DNA from: Saccostrea cucullata
Taxonomy: Eukaryota
DNA length: 64,000 bases
Assembly: GCF_032062105.1 (NCBI RefSeq)
Contig: NW_026930660.1
Location: forward strand, 186,001 to 250,000
Direction: 5' to 3'
Shown: one piece after another, positions 1 through 11,843 of the stretch
Position numbering within the stretch: position 1 is the first letter of the stretch
Layout of the letters: each line of letters starts with the position of its first letter
The notes under the pieces: model-generated
What the model saw: only the letters and a program-made list of their open reading frames with translations
Database searches by the model: none
Told to the model about the DNA's origin: nothing
Translations under genes and position numbers: made by a program

Positions 1-1000
1 GAAATCAGACCAAAACTGTAGAAGGAGTAGCGTTTTTAAGGAATTTCACAGAAAATTCTATTTTTAGTAACCATGGTAACACCGTTCATTGAAATTAAAA
101 ACCGATGCACTATTCTATGTATCTTAGTGTAGTCTACTTGTGTGCCAAGTTATATTGAAATCAGACCAAAACTGTAGAAGGAGTAGCGTTTTTAAGGAAT
201 TTCACAGAAAATTCTATTTATAGTAACCATGGCAACACCGTTCAACGAAATTAAAAACTGATGCACTATTCTATGTATCTTAGTGTAGCCTACTTGTGTG
301 CCAAGTTATATTGAAATCAGACCAAAACTGTAGAAGGAGTAGCGTTTTTAAGGAATTTCACAGAAAATTCTATTTTTAGTAACCATGGTAACACCGTTCA
401 TTGAAATTAAAAACCGATGCACTATTCTATGTATCTTAGTGTAGTATACTTGTGTGCCAAGTTATATTGAAATCAGACCAAAACTGTAGAAGGAGTAGCG
501 TTTTTAAGGAATTTCACAGAAAATTCTATTTATAGTAACCATGGCAACACCGTTCAACGAAATTAAAAACTGATGCACTATTCTATGTATCTTAGTGTAG
601 CCTACTTGTGTGCCAAGTTATATTGAAATCAGACCAAAACTGTAGAAGGAGTAGCGTTTTTAAGGAATTTCACAGAAAATTCTATTTTTAGTAACCATGG
701 CAACACCGTTCATCGAAATCAAAAACCGATGCACTATTCTATGTATCTTAGTGTAGTCTACTTGTGTGCCAAGTTATATTGAAATCAGACCAAAACTGTA
801 GAAGGAGTAGCGTTTTAAAGGAATTTCACAGAAAATTCTATTTTTAGTAACCATGGCAACACCGTTCATCGAAATTAAAAACCGATGCACTATTCTATGT
901 ATCTTAGTGTAGTCTACTTGTGTTCCAAGTTATATTGAAATCAGACTAAAATTGTAGGAGGAGTAGCGTTTTGAAAAATTGTTTACAGACAGACGGACAG

Positions 1001-1035
<35 letters not shown>

Positions 1036-1098
1036 GACGGACGCCGGACGCATTACTATCGCATAAGCTCTTCTGGTCTCTGACCAGTAGAGCTAAAA
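1..1098 (+). mobile_element. Non-autonomous Helentron/HINE-like element with an internal 156-bp tandem array (5' part outside window)
   Basis: Units start gaaatcagac at 1, 157, 313, 469, 625, 781 and 937. These are followed by a (GACA/GACG)n microsatellite at about 986-1050 and a terminal hairpin agctcttctggtc-tc-tgaccagtagagct plus an A-run. This layout is typical of bivalve HINE/pearl-like elements. Confidence 0.8.
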
Positions 1099-1172
1099 AG
1101 CGAAATCTTTAATGGTCAAGCAGTTTACCTATAATTTAATAACTTTTTTGATATATAAAAAAATGCATAATA

Positions 1173-2845
1173 CGAGGGTCATTCAAAAAATACGTAGACA
1201 ATGCTTCTCATCATCATATGATTACTACAAGATTATAGTTCAACACATTTTAGTAAACATAATCATTTATTTTGTCTTAGTGTGAAGTTTCATTCCATTT
1301 GATTAAATAGAACGCATGTTAGCCAAAATTTAAAGCAACATGTTATGTTACCACGGAGCACGGCTAACCAACATTGTAACTCAAAAACAACGTTGAGAAA
1401 GTTTATCAAGTTTTATACCAATTTCTTAATTTCAAACACGGTATGTTGCTTCTTCTCCATTCAAAAAAAACATATCCATAACACTTAACACACAGTTAAC
1501 ACACACAGTTTGCCAACAATTGTACAAATATAGCTTGAATTAGAATGTCATTGTTTTCAAATTCTTTAATTTACCACGTAACTCTATTAATTCTGCAACA
1601 GTGAAGCACACATCACGTTCAATGACGTTCTTAAAGCATTTGACAATCATTGTAACTTTAACCTGTTTCTTTGCAGACAATCCATTGTCCGATTCAAACT
1701 CGCTACCACTCAAAAATTGTATTTTCCATTTAATACAAATACACAGATTATTTTTCATACAGATCCTGGTTTATACGGATTTTTTGAGGTTGTAGAAGAG
1801 GTTTCCCGAATGTAAAGTACAGTTTTATTGCTACTTGCTGCTCCGTGACATCCTCAAACGTCATGGTTTTTTGCCATTTTTAATCAAGTTCGTATGTATT
1901 TAGAAACTTATATCTTTTAAATGAAGCAACATATTACATAACCTGATTTCATTTTAATTAATACAGCAATACTTTATTTAAAAAGGTAAATTTTATTTCG
2001 TTTCAGTGCCATTTATTAGAGGTATGGCTGTAAATACTCTAAAGTGAAAATTAGTAAATTACTCAATTTTGACGATGCTCCGTGACCCCATTTTTGCTAT
2101 TCTAAATCCTTGGTAATTTTAATAAATATGAAGATACATACAAATTTTTTTACTCAAATTATTTGAATCTGTTGTTAAAATATTTGTACCAAAGAACTAC
2201 ATGTATATGCAGTATTAACCAACATTTGCCCCCCAAAATCAAACTTTGATGGAGTAATATTTAATTAAGTCCTTAAACAGGGGAGTATATGCTGACTTCA
2301 AAGCACTGAATAATTTCATAAGTAATGACGTCATATGTACGTAATGACGTCACAAATATGACGTAAATTTCAGTTTTTTATGAATTTTGCAGAAAAATGT
2401 ACATATTTCGTCGATATTTTAAATGAAAGTCACCGAGCGCATGTGTGTTCAGGATTAATATTTTGATATAACGTGTAGAATGATAATATCAATGAAATAT
2501 GTCAATATTGTTCCTGAACACACATGCGCTCTATAAATTCTAAAGCTTAAATTGTTGAAATTTTGTCCATTTTGTCCTCTTTCTGAAAAAGGATATAAAA
2601 TCGGACTAGTTTGTGACGTCATAAAAACAGAAATTGTGAATACACTGCTCTGGAACTATAATATTTTCTGTTAACTTATATTTCTCGTACAATTTATTGA
2701 ATTCAGCACATTTCAGGAAGTTTTCAAAATTTGACTTTTGTGGGGGCAAACATATGCAATATACCGCATATAGTCCTTTGGATATAATATGACGTTAAAT
2801 GAAAAAGTTAGGACAAAAGTCTACGAACTTTTTGAATGACCCTCG
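1173..2845. mobile_element. Non-autonomous Tc1/mariner-like DNA transposon in an ankyrin-gene intron
   Basis: TIRs cgagggtcattcaaaaaatacgtagac / gtctacgaactttttgaatgaccctcg, flanked by TA at 1171-1172 and 2846-2847. No transposase ORF. Confidence 0.8.
2189..2780. mobile_element. MITE nested in the mariner-like element
   Basis: Imperfect TIRs ccaaagaacta...tttgccccccaaaatcaaactttga / tcaaaatttgacttttgtgggggcaaa...tagtcctttgg, plus an internal inverted pair gagcgcatgtgtgttcagga / tcctgaacacacatgcgctc. Confidence 0.6.
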
Positions 2846-2905
2846 TATTTAAGTCTGTTAAAAAACAACATAAAGACTGTCCCTCAAAAGCTTCTGAATA
2901 CAAAC

Positions 2906-5900
2906 CTTGCGATCTAAGAGAGACAACTCGTCAAACATGTTTACAGCATTCATCACCATTTCCTTTATCCCATTGTCTTGACAACGGTCTGAGGCGAGCT
3001 CGTTTCTCTGTGGTTAGAAAAAAAAAGTGCTTCAGAAACGTTCACCAAGTTATGTTTTATTAATAAATTACGTAGTTTTAAGGAAAAAAAACCTTCCCTA
3101 ATATTTTTACACATCAAAAGGTGTGTGTTAAGCTATATGTGTGACTGACTCTTTCTATTAAAAAAAAACACATTCAGTTAAATCAACAGCACAATTATAT
3201 TTTATGGCACCAGTATCCCATGATTTTTCATTAAAGTTATCTCACCCATCTCATTATGGTAGGATCAAATTTCAGCCTCCAGTATGAGATTTGAATCTAC
3301 AAAATCAGTAATTACTCTTACCCAGCCCCTGATGGTGGGGTCAATGCCTGCCTCTGGTAGACTTGACTCTACGGAATCAGTAATTACTCTTACCCAGCCC
3401 CTGATGGTGGGGTCAATGCCTGCCTCTAGTAGACTTGACTCTACGGAATCAGTAATTACTCTTACCCAGCCCCTGATGGTAGGGTCAATGCCTGCCTCCA
3501 ATAGAAGGAATACCATCTCATCATTACCTCTGTCACAGGCCCAGTGTAAAGCAGTCCAGCGATTCTACAAACAGCGGAGAAGGAGTCAATATTTTACAAG
3601 TATTTACTGTGAAATCAATTTTTGTGGGGGTTTAATTTTCATTGTTTTTGAGGTAATGAGAGACCCTCAAATTCTTGACCACCACAAAATGTAAAAATTC
3701 TATATGCATTACTACTCAACACTTCTAAAACCATGAAATCAAATCTCCACAAACAAAAAATTTCTTTCTCGAACCTGGAAAATTTGACCCCACGAAAACA
3801 TTTGATTTTACAGTATACAAAGGCGAGGTTCATCCTGTTTTACATGAACTGTTAGAAATAATTGTTTACTTAGTTTATAATTTGAGAAAAAATACAGAAG
3901 TCATGCAGAATTAATTTAATCTGTATTTTTTCTCCTAAAATTTGGTTAAACTCACTGTTCCAAATGCATTGATTTCACACCCAGCACTGATAAGAGCGCT
4001 GGCAACTTCTGGGTGGTTATGATAACTGGCAAACATCAGACCAGTGAAATCTGCCTGTAAAATTAAAGTTGGGTCTTTTAGAACAGTGAAACGCTTTGTA
4101 CAAAGATAAAGCAAATATTTTCATACATGTACATGTTTAATAAAGAACACTTGAATATTCAGAATCTGACCTCTCCAAGGTCACTGCTTTTAGCGTTGAC
4201 GTCACTTCCTGCCTCCATAAGTCTCTGTGCGATTTCTCCAAGCTCAAAGTCGCCCTTCTCCTGTGAACGAGCTGTTTCATGGAGGGCTGATCTTTTATCC
4301 TTCACAAATTATATGGCTAGGTTAACATATATATAATTAATCTTCTTCAGGTCTGACACTTATTGACATTTCTCTCTCAAGAGACATAGAAGAAAATTAC
4401 ACAGTTCACATTAGTACAAACACTTGGCTGACCTTTCTGTTACATTAGTACAAACACTTGGCTGACCTTATTCTCAATGTTGACATCTGCTCCATTCTTC
4501 AGTAGACATTTGACGACATCAGGCTTGTTCCAGTAAGCAGCACAATGTAGAGCAGTCCAGCCATTCTGAAATCATAAAGCAGCACAATGTAGAGCCGTCC
4601 AGCCATTCTGAAATCACAGTCTTCTCATTTCCAGTTAAATAGTAACTATTTATTACAGGTACAAAAACCATGCTACAGTTTTGATCGGACACAATTCTTC
4701 AAAGAGCCAAAAGTCATGTTTAAGTAGACTCTCAAATGTCCCTTTGGATGTTGGTTTTTTTTTTTTTTTAAAGAACTCCCTTTTTAAAATGTTGACAATT
4801 TCAGTGCATCTATGTAGAATATCTTGCTTTCAGTTTAAATAATTATTTGTCTGTGGAAAAAAAAACACTGACCTTGTCTTGTGTGTTGATTTCTGATCCA
4901 GCATCTATCAATATCTGTACGACCTCTGTATGACCTTTCATGGCCGCATGGTGAATTGGAAGATTATCCCTCTGTGAATTGAATATATCACTCTTTAGTA
5001 CAAACTTATTGTCCTGATCTTGTTCTGCTTTTGTTAATTATCATTATAGAGAAGATTAATATCAAAAGGTTTGATCAAAATTTGACTGGGTAACCATGGT
5101 AACTTACCACATCCTTGACATTGACCTTTGCCCCTTTCTCCAGAAGCATTCTTACAATATCAGGCTTTCCCTGAGAGGCCACATGAATTGGACAGCAATC
5201 ATGCTAAAACAATAATTTAAACAGCTTTCAAGAAATTAATGTCACTGAAAAATTTTACTTGCAAACTACAGAATTTAGAGACAACTAGAACTTTCACTCT
5301 TAAACTTGAATGCCACTTTTCACAATTAAAAAAATGCATTAATTGCAATTGCATCATATAAGTGATGATTAAAGAATTATTCTGAAGTTAGATCTGAGAA
5401 ATAAAAGTTGCAACAGAGAGTGGCAGAGTTGTAATATCAGCCGAATTTCCATTTTTCAATACAGCTATAGTATAATTGTGCTATTTGACTCTCCCTGTAC
5501 CAATCTCAGTGAGATGTCGTAGGTAAAAAAAAATTTTTGGTCTGCTATAACTCGACATCTCACACAAAGTGATCAGGGCTTCGTACAATAGTTCATTCCC
5601 TATAGAAAATAGTCGTAGAACGAAGTATTCAAAGCAGACTAATGCGGAACTCTTCAGCATCGGAGGTTAAAATAAATGGGATACTTCAAATAAAAAATCA
5701 ACATTGAACAACTTTATATTTTGTTGGATTTAAACGTAATGGAATGTTTTATAGTGATACTTAAAGGGAGGTCCAAAGGAAAAAGTTGAGGCAGGCAGCT
5801 AATTCATTTCAGCCCTCATATTGATTGAAACAAGCGGTCGAAGTTGGGGCAAAAAAGCCCTAATCACTTTGTGTGACATTAATCTGCACCAGACCAAAAC

Positions 5901-6358
5901 TTTTAGTCCCTACCACATCTCGCTGAGATAATCCCCTGTATATGTCACAACACAAAAGCTGTGGTAAGAGTGACAGCAGACGAATCTTGGATTACAACAG
6001 GTGATGAAAGAGATGAAGCAAAGATTCTGTTCAATTAATTCTATTATGCAGTAAATATTCCATAACACATGCTAAAATCTGTTCAATGCTGTATTGAGTA
6101 AATGAATTCTACGTGAACACAATAGAGAAACAAAAAGTGCTGCATACTAATTAACTTACCAAAAAAAGTGTGAGGTGTAAAATAACAAAATTCAAAACAT
6201 TTCTTTAAAATTAAATGCTCTATTGATCTGTGACTTACAGTGTAGGACACCCAGTTGACGTCGATATCTCCCTCCTCCAGGAATTTCCTCACTCTGTCTG
6301 TGTGACCAAAACCACAGGCTTCCCAGAACGCTTCCTGTCTAGACGCCGCCTGTCCCAT
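2906..6358 (-). CDS. Ankyrin-repeat protein with predicted N-myristoylation motif (MGQAAS); 3' end lies beyond the left edge
   Basis: Phase-0 GT-AG exons 6239-6358, 5108-5203, 4873-4971, 4467-4565, 4171-4299, 3956-4054, 3466-3564 and 2906-3007. Most encode one ankyrin repeat, e.g. RDNLPIHHAAMKGHTEVVQILIDAGSEINTQDK and NGWTALHCAAYWNKPDVVKCLLKNGADVNIENK. Several exons are exactly 99 nt. Confidence 0.9.
3284..3500. repeat. 72-bp tandem triplication spanning an exon end and its 5' splice site
   Basis: Unit (minus strand) encodes LLEAGIDPTIRGWVRVITDSVESS. TGG|gtaaga donors sit at 3466, 3394 and 3322. Confidence 0.9.
5503..5929. mobile_element. MITE in ankyrin-gene intron 1
   Basis: TIRs atctcagtgagatgtcgtagg...ttttggtctg / cagaccaaaa...cctaccacatctcgctgagat. 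Confidence 0.65.
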
Positions 6359-6707
6359 GTCATTAGATGAATTTAAAAAAGTCTAAACTACACCCAAAAA
6401 TTAATTACGCTACAAAGAAGAAGGAGGAATCATGGGAGGGGTGCTCAATCAGTCAGTCAGTGCCAAAGTATTTTTTGTCTTCTGAAAAATCAAAACCGGA
6501 AACATTAAGACATGAACTAAATATAAAAACGGATGCGGAAAATGTTACAAATCCGGATTAAGGTAAGTGATAACACTATACAAAGAACATGAATTAATAT
6601 TTAAAAATACTCTCATAATTTCATTAATTCTTGTGAAAGCATTCAATATCAGAAATTAACAAGAGTTATCAAACAGGGAGCTAGCTGTTAGTGAAATGAG
6701 TATGCAA

Positions 6708-7041
6708 ACTAGAGGTACTGTGAGCAATGAGCTCACTAAATGATACCCCCCGCCTCCCATATGAATATAATGGCAGTGTCCATGTTTTGCTCTGGAAAAT
6801 CAAAAATATATGTCAGATCAAAAAGTAAAATAGGAGGTGCACAATGGCAATATGTAATAAAGATTCTGTGAAAGTTTCATTAAATTTCCTTCAGTGGTAT
6901 GAGAGGAGTTGCGGATAAGAGATGGTTACCCCAAAGCGTAACAGACGGACGGACGGACGTACAGACGGACGGACGGACGGACAGACGGACGGAAATACCG
7001 ATTACTATATACCCTCCCACTTTTCAAGCGGGGGGTATAAT
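6708..7041 (+). mobile_element. Short HINE/pearl-like non-autonomous element
   Basis: Head actagaggtactgtgagcaatgagctcactaaatgataccccccgc, a (GACG)n microsatellite and terminal hairpin ataccctcccac...gcggggggtataat. The same family occurs inverted at 26244-31083. Confidence 0.75.
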
Positions 7042-7097
7042 AAGTCATAGTTTTGTAATTTTACGTTAGGTGACATTTACGACCGTAGCTAGTATAG

Positions 7098-7774
7098 CAG
7101 GCACGTAGCATCGTTTTTGAAAGTGGGGGGGCCAACCTGAGAAAATTTTTTTTTACTTACCTGAAAAAGTTGACAAGCAAAAAAAAAAAAAAAAAAGAAA
7201 ATTTTAAGTTGCCCAAACTCGAAAATCCTATTTCGCGGGGGAGGGGGGGGGGGGTAGTGGCCAACTTTTTTAAAGCCAACTTACTTTCACTTCCAATTTT
7301 TTTCTTACAATCTTTGCTATCACTTTACTATGGTTTTCAAGTGGAGGGGCCACCCATCCTGTCAATGAACATTTACTATAGTAAAGGTTATGTTGGGGAA
7401 AAAAGTGGGGGGGCCAGGCCCCCCCCCCCTGCCCCCCCCCCCCGGATGCTACGTCCCTGATCCATCTGTACATATACGTAAACATGTAGTATACAAAGTC
7501 TAAGTAAAAGAGTTCAATGAGCATACTCTTTCGCCATATTTTATTAATGTGCATGCACTAAATTAAAAGTCGGGGAAATGTGGCCAACTTTTTTAAAGCC
7601 AACTTACTTTCACTTCCAATTTTTTTCTTACAATCTTTGCTATCACTATACTATGGTTTTCAAGTGGAGGGGCCACACATCCTGTCAATGAACATTTACT
7701 ATAGTAAAGGTTATGTTGGGGAAAAAAGTGGGGGGGCCAGGCCCCCCCTGGCCCCCCCGGATGCTACGTCCCTG
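7098..7774. mobile_element. CAGG-terminated MITE with a duplicated right half
   Basis: Left TIR caggcacgtagcatc. Right TIR gatgctacgtccctg occurs twice (about 7445-7459 and 7760-7774). 7257-7459 is nearly identical to 7580-7774. Confidence 0.65.
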
Positions 7775-8154
7775 TATAGGGCTGTAATGGATGTAAGATC
7801 AATAGATACAGTTATTCATGCTATTTGACAACGGAAAGCACTTTTATCTTAGCAGATCGGTACAGATGTTTCATGAAATGATACTCGGGAAAGTCCCCTC
7901 CTCCTTTCATTTGATTACACCTGTTGGAATTTCTATATAGAATCATTTAAATTCATGCAAAAATTTGGGGGGAGGGGGTAGAGTGGTGAAGATTACAAAC
8001 AGTGATCCAATATTAATTTTTCAATCAAGTCGAAAGAATGACAAAATTAATGAAAAACCGCGGCATGGAGACACCAGTAGTGCATGGTCCTCTAACGAAG
8101 AGGAGTAACACCTCTGTCGACTAGTCACACCTTTCATGAAACCTCTGTACCGAT

Positions 8155-8291
8155 CACAGGCACCTGACGTTACTTATTTTTCTTTTAATAAAAAAATATA
8201 CACATACCTAATAATAAACTTTCATTATTAGGTATGTGTATATATATTTTTTTTTAATCAAAAGAAAAATAAGTAACGTCAGGTGCCTGTG
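8155..8291. mobile_element. 137-bp all-hairpin MITE with 8-bp target-site duplication
   Basis: Near-perfect palindrome cacaggcacctgacgttacttattttt...aaaaataagtaacgtcaggtgcctgtg. TSD gtaccgat at 8147-8154 and 8292-8299. Confidence 0.85.
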
Positions 8292-10689
8292 GTACCGATC
8301 TGCTAAGATATTTAGTGTTTTCCGTTCTCAAACAAGTAGGTGACGTCAAGTACAGCAATATGGGTGACTTCAAGTACATGCATGTATGTGAATGAAAAAT
8401 TCCGAATAGAACGATCGATTTAATCAAATGTGCCAATTTTCATGTACAAGTTTTGAAAAGATATTCCACTTTGTTAGAATTTTTCATAAAGACAGCTCGT
8501 CAATGAAGGTGCAAAATGTGTTCACATGGAAATTCTAGACTATTTGAATACGTTACCTCTAAAGACAATTGTAATTGGGCTGTTACCTACCGATGAGAAT
8601 AATACTGATATCCTATGTACATGTATCTCGAGGAGGGGTTTCATAGAGTTTGAAAAATCACAATTTTTTATGCTATTTACTTTGGAGGAAATTAAAAAAC
8701 AACTATTACAATTAAAAAAAATCCCTTGATTTTTTCAGAATCAGAGTTTGATTTACATAGGTTTCGGAATATACTGCAGCACGGTAGGTCTGGATTTGAT
8801 TTTTTTTCATTTTACAGAAGTAAATAGTTTTGCGGAGGAGGGAGGGGTGGTACTGCTGTTGCTAACTTTTTAAACACTCGTATCGGGATTTTTTTTTTTC
8901 AATAAAAGAATAAACATTTGCTGCATGAACACCCAAAGGCGTCCATCATTGTTCCGTGCTAATTAAAACTTAAAAGAACAATTTCACAGAAGTAACTGTA
9001 TGATTTTCGAGTAAGTGCTGTTGAAGGATTATTCAAAAGAAGCAAACTAGACTATTTTTCGGTATAAAGAGCAAATTAAAATGTTTTTTAATAAAATGGG
9101 AGCTATTTTCCGACTTAAAACATTTGACAGTTTCAAAATTTTTCTACAGCCTTTCTGTTTTTTAACACTATAGCTTGCAAATACTGAGCTGATTTTTGGT
9201 GTGCAATCTACACATTTTTTGTTTGAAAATTAGGCACTTCATATTTTATTGACATATCTCTACAATTTTTTTAAAAAAAAATTATATGGTGAAATATGAA
9301 ATGTTCAAAAATCTAAAAATCACAGGAAGTATTTTATACACGCGTGTATGTACTACATGTATATGTGTTTTTCTCCCGTGTATTTTATCTTTTCCCTCGT
9401 ATAGGTATAACGATTATTTATGCACCATTACACAACACCAGTAATGCATATTTAATTTTCCAGATGAATACTGATTTTTGACGAAGGGTGACGCGGCTTT
9501 GTCACAAATTACTCGTCACGGGCGTCGGGGTGCCGTCTATTATAACCTAGGGGCTCTATTACCCGACATGCGGTAATGGTGTTTGAATATCGCAAAAATA
9601 AACATTGAGACGCTTTCTTATCGGCGGGGGTGATCCGGGGTTAAGGCTACATCGAACATTGCCGGACGACGAACCGAAAGCTTCCACAAAGGAAGTACAG
9701 AGGGGTTTCACGATATTAAGGATGTGATTTCTTGGCAGGCAGGCAAGTTTTAGTTTTTTATCCTTAATTTTTTTTCATAAAGTTCAATAACTATATGTTA
9801 ACAATGTTAACCCTGTCCCGATAATCCCCTGTAAAATGTAGTGTGTTGATCTGATTAGATTACCCATAACATGTACATGATCTATACAGGTGTAAAATAC
9901 AGACTTGTGTGTTTATGTAAATGTTGTCATAGATTAAATGTGAGGCATGTCAGATCAATCAATTTTGTGTAAAGTACTGTATTTAAAAAAATCAACAAAC
10001 TTCATATGTAACTTAGATATGTATTCTTTTACGCATTGTCTTCACATGTATATACATACTGGATGCAGATCGCTGAAAATAGCTACATATTTGACATATG
10101 CCCCATGCATGAGTACATTCCTTCTTTATCTTTAAATCTCCCTTTGTCTAGGCGATTATATCATGTTATTCAACACCGCCAGAAAATGGTCAGCTTGATC
10201 TAATTCCGCGGTCTGGTCAGACATTATAAAACCAGAACTAATTATTAAATTGGGAGGGGGGGGGGGGGGTAGATAATGTATGTAACTTTTCCATTTAAAA
10301 AAAAATAATATAACATTTACTTCAGCATGTGTGTTCAGGGTTTCGAAAACTAAAATGAAGTATATGAACATACTTATCGTATAAAATCATTAGTATTTAC
10401 CCAATGTATTTTATGATTATCAATACGTATAATCGAGCCCCCCCCCCCCCCCCCCCCCCCCGCTAGCACTCCCCGGTTCCGACGCCTATTCTCCGAAATT
10501 TCGAAGAAACCAGTTAAATTATACAAAGTCTCATTCTGATGTACAAATAGCTGGTCTTGCTGTATGGCATGGTTGTTGTTCAGAGATGACATGTAAGCAT
10601 TCCTTTACGGATAGGGATCTCGGGATTGTAGGAAATATTTGGAGATAACGAATAATATTCATGCTTAAAAGTCCATTATATAAAACAAT

Positions 10690-11780
10690 ACAAATTTTGA
10701 AACAGAGCAAACACCGATCGACCTCTAAACATCAGTAGTAGGATCAGGTGTCATGGAGGAGTAAGCTTCCCTTGCCGATTGGTCACACTCGCTTTGTGCT
10801 CCTTGTCATAACCAAGAAATGAAGAAAAAATCCATGGACAACTCAGTGTGTAAATAATGGCCTATAACAATAAGTATGAAAAATGTCAATCAGCATTTGA
10901 TTATTTGCTGAAAAGGTGTTTGCATTGACCATTAGATCTTACGAATGATGACTTTAAACGAGACTGCTGATATTCTTGTTTCATCAACGTGTTTGTCAAT
11001 AACTTACCTCTTGTTAGAAATTGTTCATATACATATAGGGCATGCTCTTGTGTATCGAATCAACTGAGGGATATAAAACCCGTATGCATGTAAAGGTATA
11101 TTGCTGCACAAGTAAGGAACGTTGACGATTGAAAAGTTAAAGTTACCTACGATTTCATTTATTATAAAGTTTTGTTGTTTGATTACCATCAACCTATTGT
11201 ATTCTATTGTATTCCACTAATGTATTCTAGTAAAATACAGTTGCATCAGACTTAATTTGTGATAGCTTTTATTTCAATCTCATCGGGATATATCGTATAG
11301 ATAAGAGAATGGAAATAATGTACAATTGTTAATTGACAATATACCTTGTATAACTAAATGTCGAGACGAAGGCCACGGCAAGTTTTCATCTTTTCACATA
11401 AAATATTTTGGACAAATTCTGCCTCTTATAAATACAAATATGTCTGCTAATAACAGGGCGCAATTGGTACCCATGGGAATTTCAATAGATGGGTGAAGAA
11501 CTGGTCTCCGAAAACAACATAGATATTGTCAATCAGAAACTCGAACATCTTTTTAATTTCACCTTCAGAGTACTTGTGTGTTCAATCAGAATGTTTTTAC
11601 AAAATAATTTTGCAGAAGACCAATGACAAGGTTATTAAATTTACGCGTTCCTTTGGTATTGAAAAAGCGGGCGTCAATAATTTTTTGTAGGAATAATAAA
11701 AACATAAAAATTGTGAAACATAGGATTTCTGTGTTAGATTCTGATATAAATATGAGGTTTTATAAAATTGTCAACACATG
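10690..11780 (-). mobile_element. Degenerate Penelope-like retroelement
   Basis: Reverse complement at about 11455-11482 reads IPMGTNCA. The tail at 10710-10795 is the reverse complement of the tail at 16310-16390. Confidence 0.65.
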
Positions 11781-11843
11781 TAAACTGTGCATGTACGTAT
11801 CAATATAATTTTTTCTTTTCTCTTACAGATTCTCATCTTCACC

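Noticed and set aside
11787-11843. Longer N-terminus of the PTCHD3-like ORF from the ORF track
   Set aside because: 11787-11828 is a polypyrimidine tract ending in an acceptor AG. The first ATG in the exon is at 11844.
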